A stretch of 64,000 nt of DNA, from contig CAXXWC010000014.1 in the NCBI GenBank assembly GCA_963668645.2, positions 32,001 through 96,000 on the forward strand, in the 5' to 3' direction. Shown here one piece after another: positions 61,556-64,000 of this stretch; the first letter of the stretch is position 1; each line of letters begins with the position of its first letter. The DNA comes from Desulfobacterales bacterium. Its GTDB lineage: Bacteria; Desulfobacterota; Desulfobacteria; Desulfobacterales; UBA2174. The notes below the pieces were generated by a model. That model worked only from the letters and a program-made list of their open reading frames with translations, did no database searches and had not been told where the DNA came from. The position numbers and the translations under genes are program-made.

Positions 61556-61939
61556 ATGAATGACAATCGACTGCCCGTCGCCCCCCTGCACCGGGTGACG
61601 TTGGCCTTGCGCCTTGCCGGTCCAAGCGGCTCCAGCCTCGGGGCGGAGGCGGCCCATCCTTTCAGCTTCGTCCTCGGTGTGGCCAGCGGCGGCATGAGCC
61701 CCTTCGAGTATGCGCTGCTGAACAAGGTCCCGGGAGAAGAAGTCGAGTTGAAAATCACCCACGAGAATCGCCACGAAATCTTCGAATATCTTGAACCATC
61801 GCTGGATATCCTGCGCGGGGTCATCCTGCCGGTGCACCTGCACGCCCGGGTGACGGCCGTTGCGCCGGCCGCACCGCGGGAAATCGTGCAAGCCATGGCC
61901 TCGGTGGGCGGCTGCGAATGCGGCTGCGGCTGCAGCTGA
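61556..61939 (+). CDS. Hypothetical SlyD-like protein with C-terminal CxCxC
   Basis: F..G..G..PFE.AL..K..GE; A.PREIV; ends GCECGCGCS. Confidence 0.6.
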   Translation: MNDNRLPVAPLHRVTLALRLAGPSGSSLGAEAAHPFSFVLGVASGGMSPFEYALLNKVPGEEVELKITHENRHEIFEYLEPSLDILRGVILPVHLHARVTAVAPAAPREIVQAMASVGGCECGCGCS

Positions 61940-62029
61940 AAGATAGGCTCGGCGCACCATCCGGTTCTAAACCCGATTCCCCCGAAGCAGGCAAAGCCCA
62001 ACCGCCTGTTGACCCCATGAAGTGCACCT

Positions 62030-62923
62030 TTGGCCTCTTGTGGAGGTGCTGTGCGCATCGATTCCACCCATGTGGGAACCCGGTTAAAGCCCCACCGGAC
62101 CGTGGTCGACTGGCGCTGGACCACCAACTACGCCGCGGCCCTGGACGACGACAATCCCTGCTATTTCGACGATACCCGCTCGGCGGGGATCGTGGCCCCG
62201 CCGGTTTTCGCGGCAGCCGTGACCTGGCCGGTGACCTCGCATCTCGACCGTTATATCGAATCCGACGGTTTCCCGGTGGATCTGCTGGCCATGCTGGTGC
62301 ACCACACCGAGCATATCGCGCTGCACCAGCCTGTCAGGCCCGGGCAGATCCTCGATCTTGCCGGGACGGTGGCCGCCATCCGGCCCCACCGGGCCGGCAC
62401 GCGGGTGATCCTGCGCTACGAGGCGGTCGATCAAGAAGGCGCACCGGTTTTCACCGAACATATCGGCGGCATGCTGCGGGGGGTTGTCTGCGCGGATGAG
62501 GGCAGCGGCCTGGACGGCCTGCCGCCCGACCCGCCTCCTGTGCCCCAAGGGAACCATGCCTGGGAGGCGCCGGTAACCGTGCACCGGCTGCTTCCCTACG
62601 TCTACGACGGTTGCAGCGGGATCGTTTTTCCGATTCATACCTCGCCGGCCTTCGCCCGCGAGGTCGGGCTTCCGGGCATTATTCTCCAGGGCACGGCCAC
62701 CCTGGCCCTGGCAATGCGGGAGATCGTCAACCGCGAGGCCGGCGGGGACCCGGAGCGCCTGGCTTCACTGACCTGCCGTTTTTCCGGCCTGGTGCCACCC
62801 GGAACCACGATCCGGGTGGCTGTGGGATGCCGCTGCGAAGAGCGTCTTTTCTTCGAGGTGCGCGACGCGGCCGGCAAACGGGTCGTCAGCAACGGGCAGG
62901 TCTGTTTTAAGCCGCCGCCGTGA
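62030..62923 (+). CDS. MaoC-type double hot-dog dehydratase
   Basis: NYAAA..D.NP and PIHT...A...GLPG.ILQG motifs; start uncertain. Confidence 0.82.
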   Translation: MASCGGAVRIDSTHVGTRLKPHRTVVDWRWTTNYAAALDDDNPCYFDDTRSAGIVAPPVFAAAVTWPVTSHLDRYIESDGFPVDLLAMLVHHTEHIALHQPVRPGQILDLAGTVAAIRPHRAGTRVILRYEAVDQEGAPVFTEHIGGMLRGVVCADEGSGLDGLPPDPPPVPQGNHAWEAPVTVHRLLPYVYDGCSGIVFPIHTSPAFAREVGLPGIILQGTATLALAMREIVNREAGGDPERLASLTCRFSGLVPPGTTIRVAVGCRCEERLFFEVRDAAGKRVVSNGQVCFKPPP

Positions 62924-62980
62924 CGGCTCCCAGCCCGGGCCGATCACTGCCTTCTTACTGCCGTACCAGCATGAAACCGG

Positions 62981-63811
62981 TCAGGTCCATCGGATGTTTT
63001 GAGCGTCTCCGGCTGCCGTGGCGGCCGGGGAACCTTCGGGTGCGACACAGGGAACAAAGAGGGCATGGCCGTCATCCAGCTCGACCCGGCGGGTGGCCGT
63101 TTGATAGAGGCGGCTGACCGTGGCCGCGGTCATGACCGCCCCGGCCTTGCCGCCGGCCAGGACCCGGCCTTTGCTGAGCATGATGACCGTGTCGGCAAAT
63201 CGGACGGCCAGGTTCGGATCGTGGAGCGAGGCGACCACCCGGGTCCCCTTCTCCCGGCACAGCCTTTTGATCTTGTCCAGCAGGCGGTACTGGTTGTTGA
63301 AGTCGAGATGATTGGTGGGTTCGTCGAGAAGCAGGGTCCCCTGAGCCTGTAAAATGGCCCTGGCCAGCAGGGCGATGCGCCTCTCGCCTCCCGAAATGCG
63401 GTTGAAATTTCGTTCAGCAAGCGCTTCGGCCTCCAGCTCTTCAAGGACCTTGCGGGCCGCCAGATAGTCTTGCGGTCCCGGCCGCTGCATGAATCCGAGA
63501 GCGGCCGTGCGCCCCATGACCACCACATCAATCACCCGAAACGGAAAGATGGCGGTATGCTCCTGGGGCACCAGGCTGATCCGGCGGGCGATTTCGACCC
63601 GGGGGGCTCGGCGCAGATCCAGGCCGTCGACCGCCACGGCCCCCTGCTGCGGGTGCAGCAGCCCGGCCAGGCAGTAGAGCAGGGTGGTTTTCCCCGATCC
63701 GTTGCGGCCCAGCAGCACGCAGAATTCTCCCTTGCTGACCTCAAGATCTACCGCCGCCAGTACGGGGTTGCCGTTGTAGCTAAAATGCAGATCGCGGCAG
63801 ACCAGGCTCAT
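62981..63811 (-). CDS. Iron-chelate/cobalamin ABC transporter ATPase
   Basis: [23 protein letters not shown] and HDPNLA motifs. Confidence 0.9.
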   Translation of the reverse strand: MSLVCRDLHFSYNGNPVLAAVDLEVSKGEFCVLLGRNGSGKTTLLYCLAGLLHPQQGAVAVDGLDLRRAPRVEIARRISLVPQEHTAIFPFRVIDVVVMGRTAALGFMQRPGPQDYLAARKVLEELEAEALAERNFNRISGGERRIALLARAILQAQGTLLLDEPTNHLDFNNQYRLLDKIKRLCREKGTRVVASLHDPNLAVRFADTVIMLSKGRVLAGGKAGAVMTAATVSRLYQTATRRVELDDGHALFVPCVAPEGSPAATAAGDAQNIRWT

Positions 63812-64000
63812 GACCAGCCACTTCCCCGGTTGCGGTAGAGCAGATAGGCGAAAAGCGGTGCACCGATAAAGGCGGTCACCACGCTGATGGGCAGTTCGGT
63901 CATGGTCAGCGTGCGGGCTACCGTGTCGGCCAGCAGCAGAAAGATCCCCCCCGAGAGGACTGCCACCGGCAGCATCTGTTCATGATTGGGCCCCACCAGG
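63808..64000 (-). CDS. FecCD/BtuC-family permease, C-terminal part
   Basis: LLLADTVAR...ELP..VVTA.IGAP.F motif. Confidence 0.88.
   Translation of the reverse strand, partial: LVGPNHEQMLPVAVLSGGIFLLLADTVARTLTMTELPISVVTAFIGAPLFAYLLYRNRGSGWS

Noticed and set aside
61937..61939. TGA after CECGCGCS as Sec
   Set aside because: A Cys-rich tail is a plausible natural terminus; no convincing hairpin or meaningful extension follows
1..64000. CRISPR array, rRNA or tRNA genes
   Set aside because: No regularly spaced repeat-spacer array or recognisable structural RNA gene seen by eye

Overview
GC-rich bacterial chromosome segment; the gene content (IorAB, GTP-type PEPCK, multiheme cytochrome, PAS hybrid kinases) suggests Desulfobacterota. 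Two highlights. (1) At 23526-24902 (-), two ORFs are joined by an in-frame TGA followed by a SECIS-like hairpin, predicting one exported 11-heme selenocysteine cytochrome c, directly followed by an exported rhodanese gene. (2) About 22 kb of accessory DNA (29150-51370) separates an ABC ATPase/permease pair from an AttH-like gene. Its AT-rich part (about 34.9-51.3 kb) looks like a decaying integron: two diverged ~635-bp platforms (promoter and terminator hairpin, degenerate intI 5' remnant, attI-like site), cassette-like genes with attC sites, and several IS insertions, one of them in an attC core. The right flank carries a stand-alone sigma54-driven nifQ, a DacA-CdaR fusion and actinobacterial-like hisEG. 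All family calls are by eye from motifs; no database searches were run.
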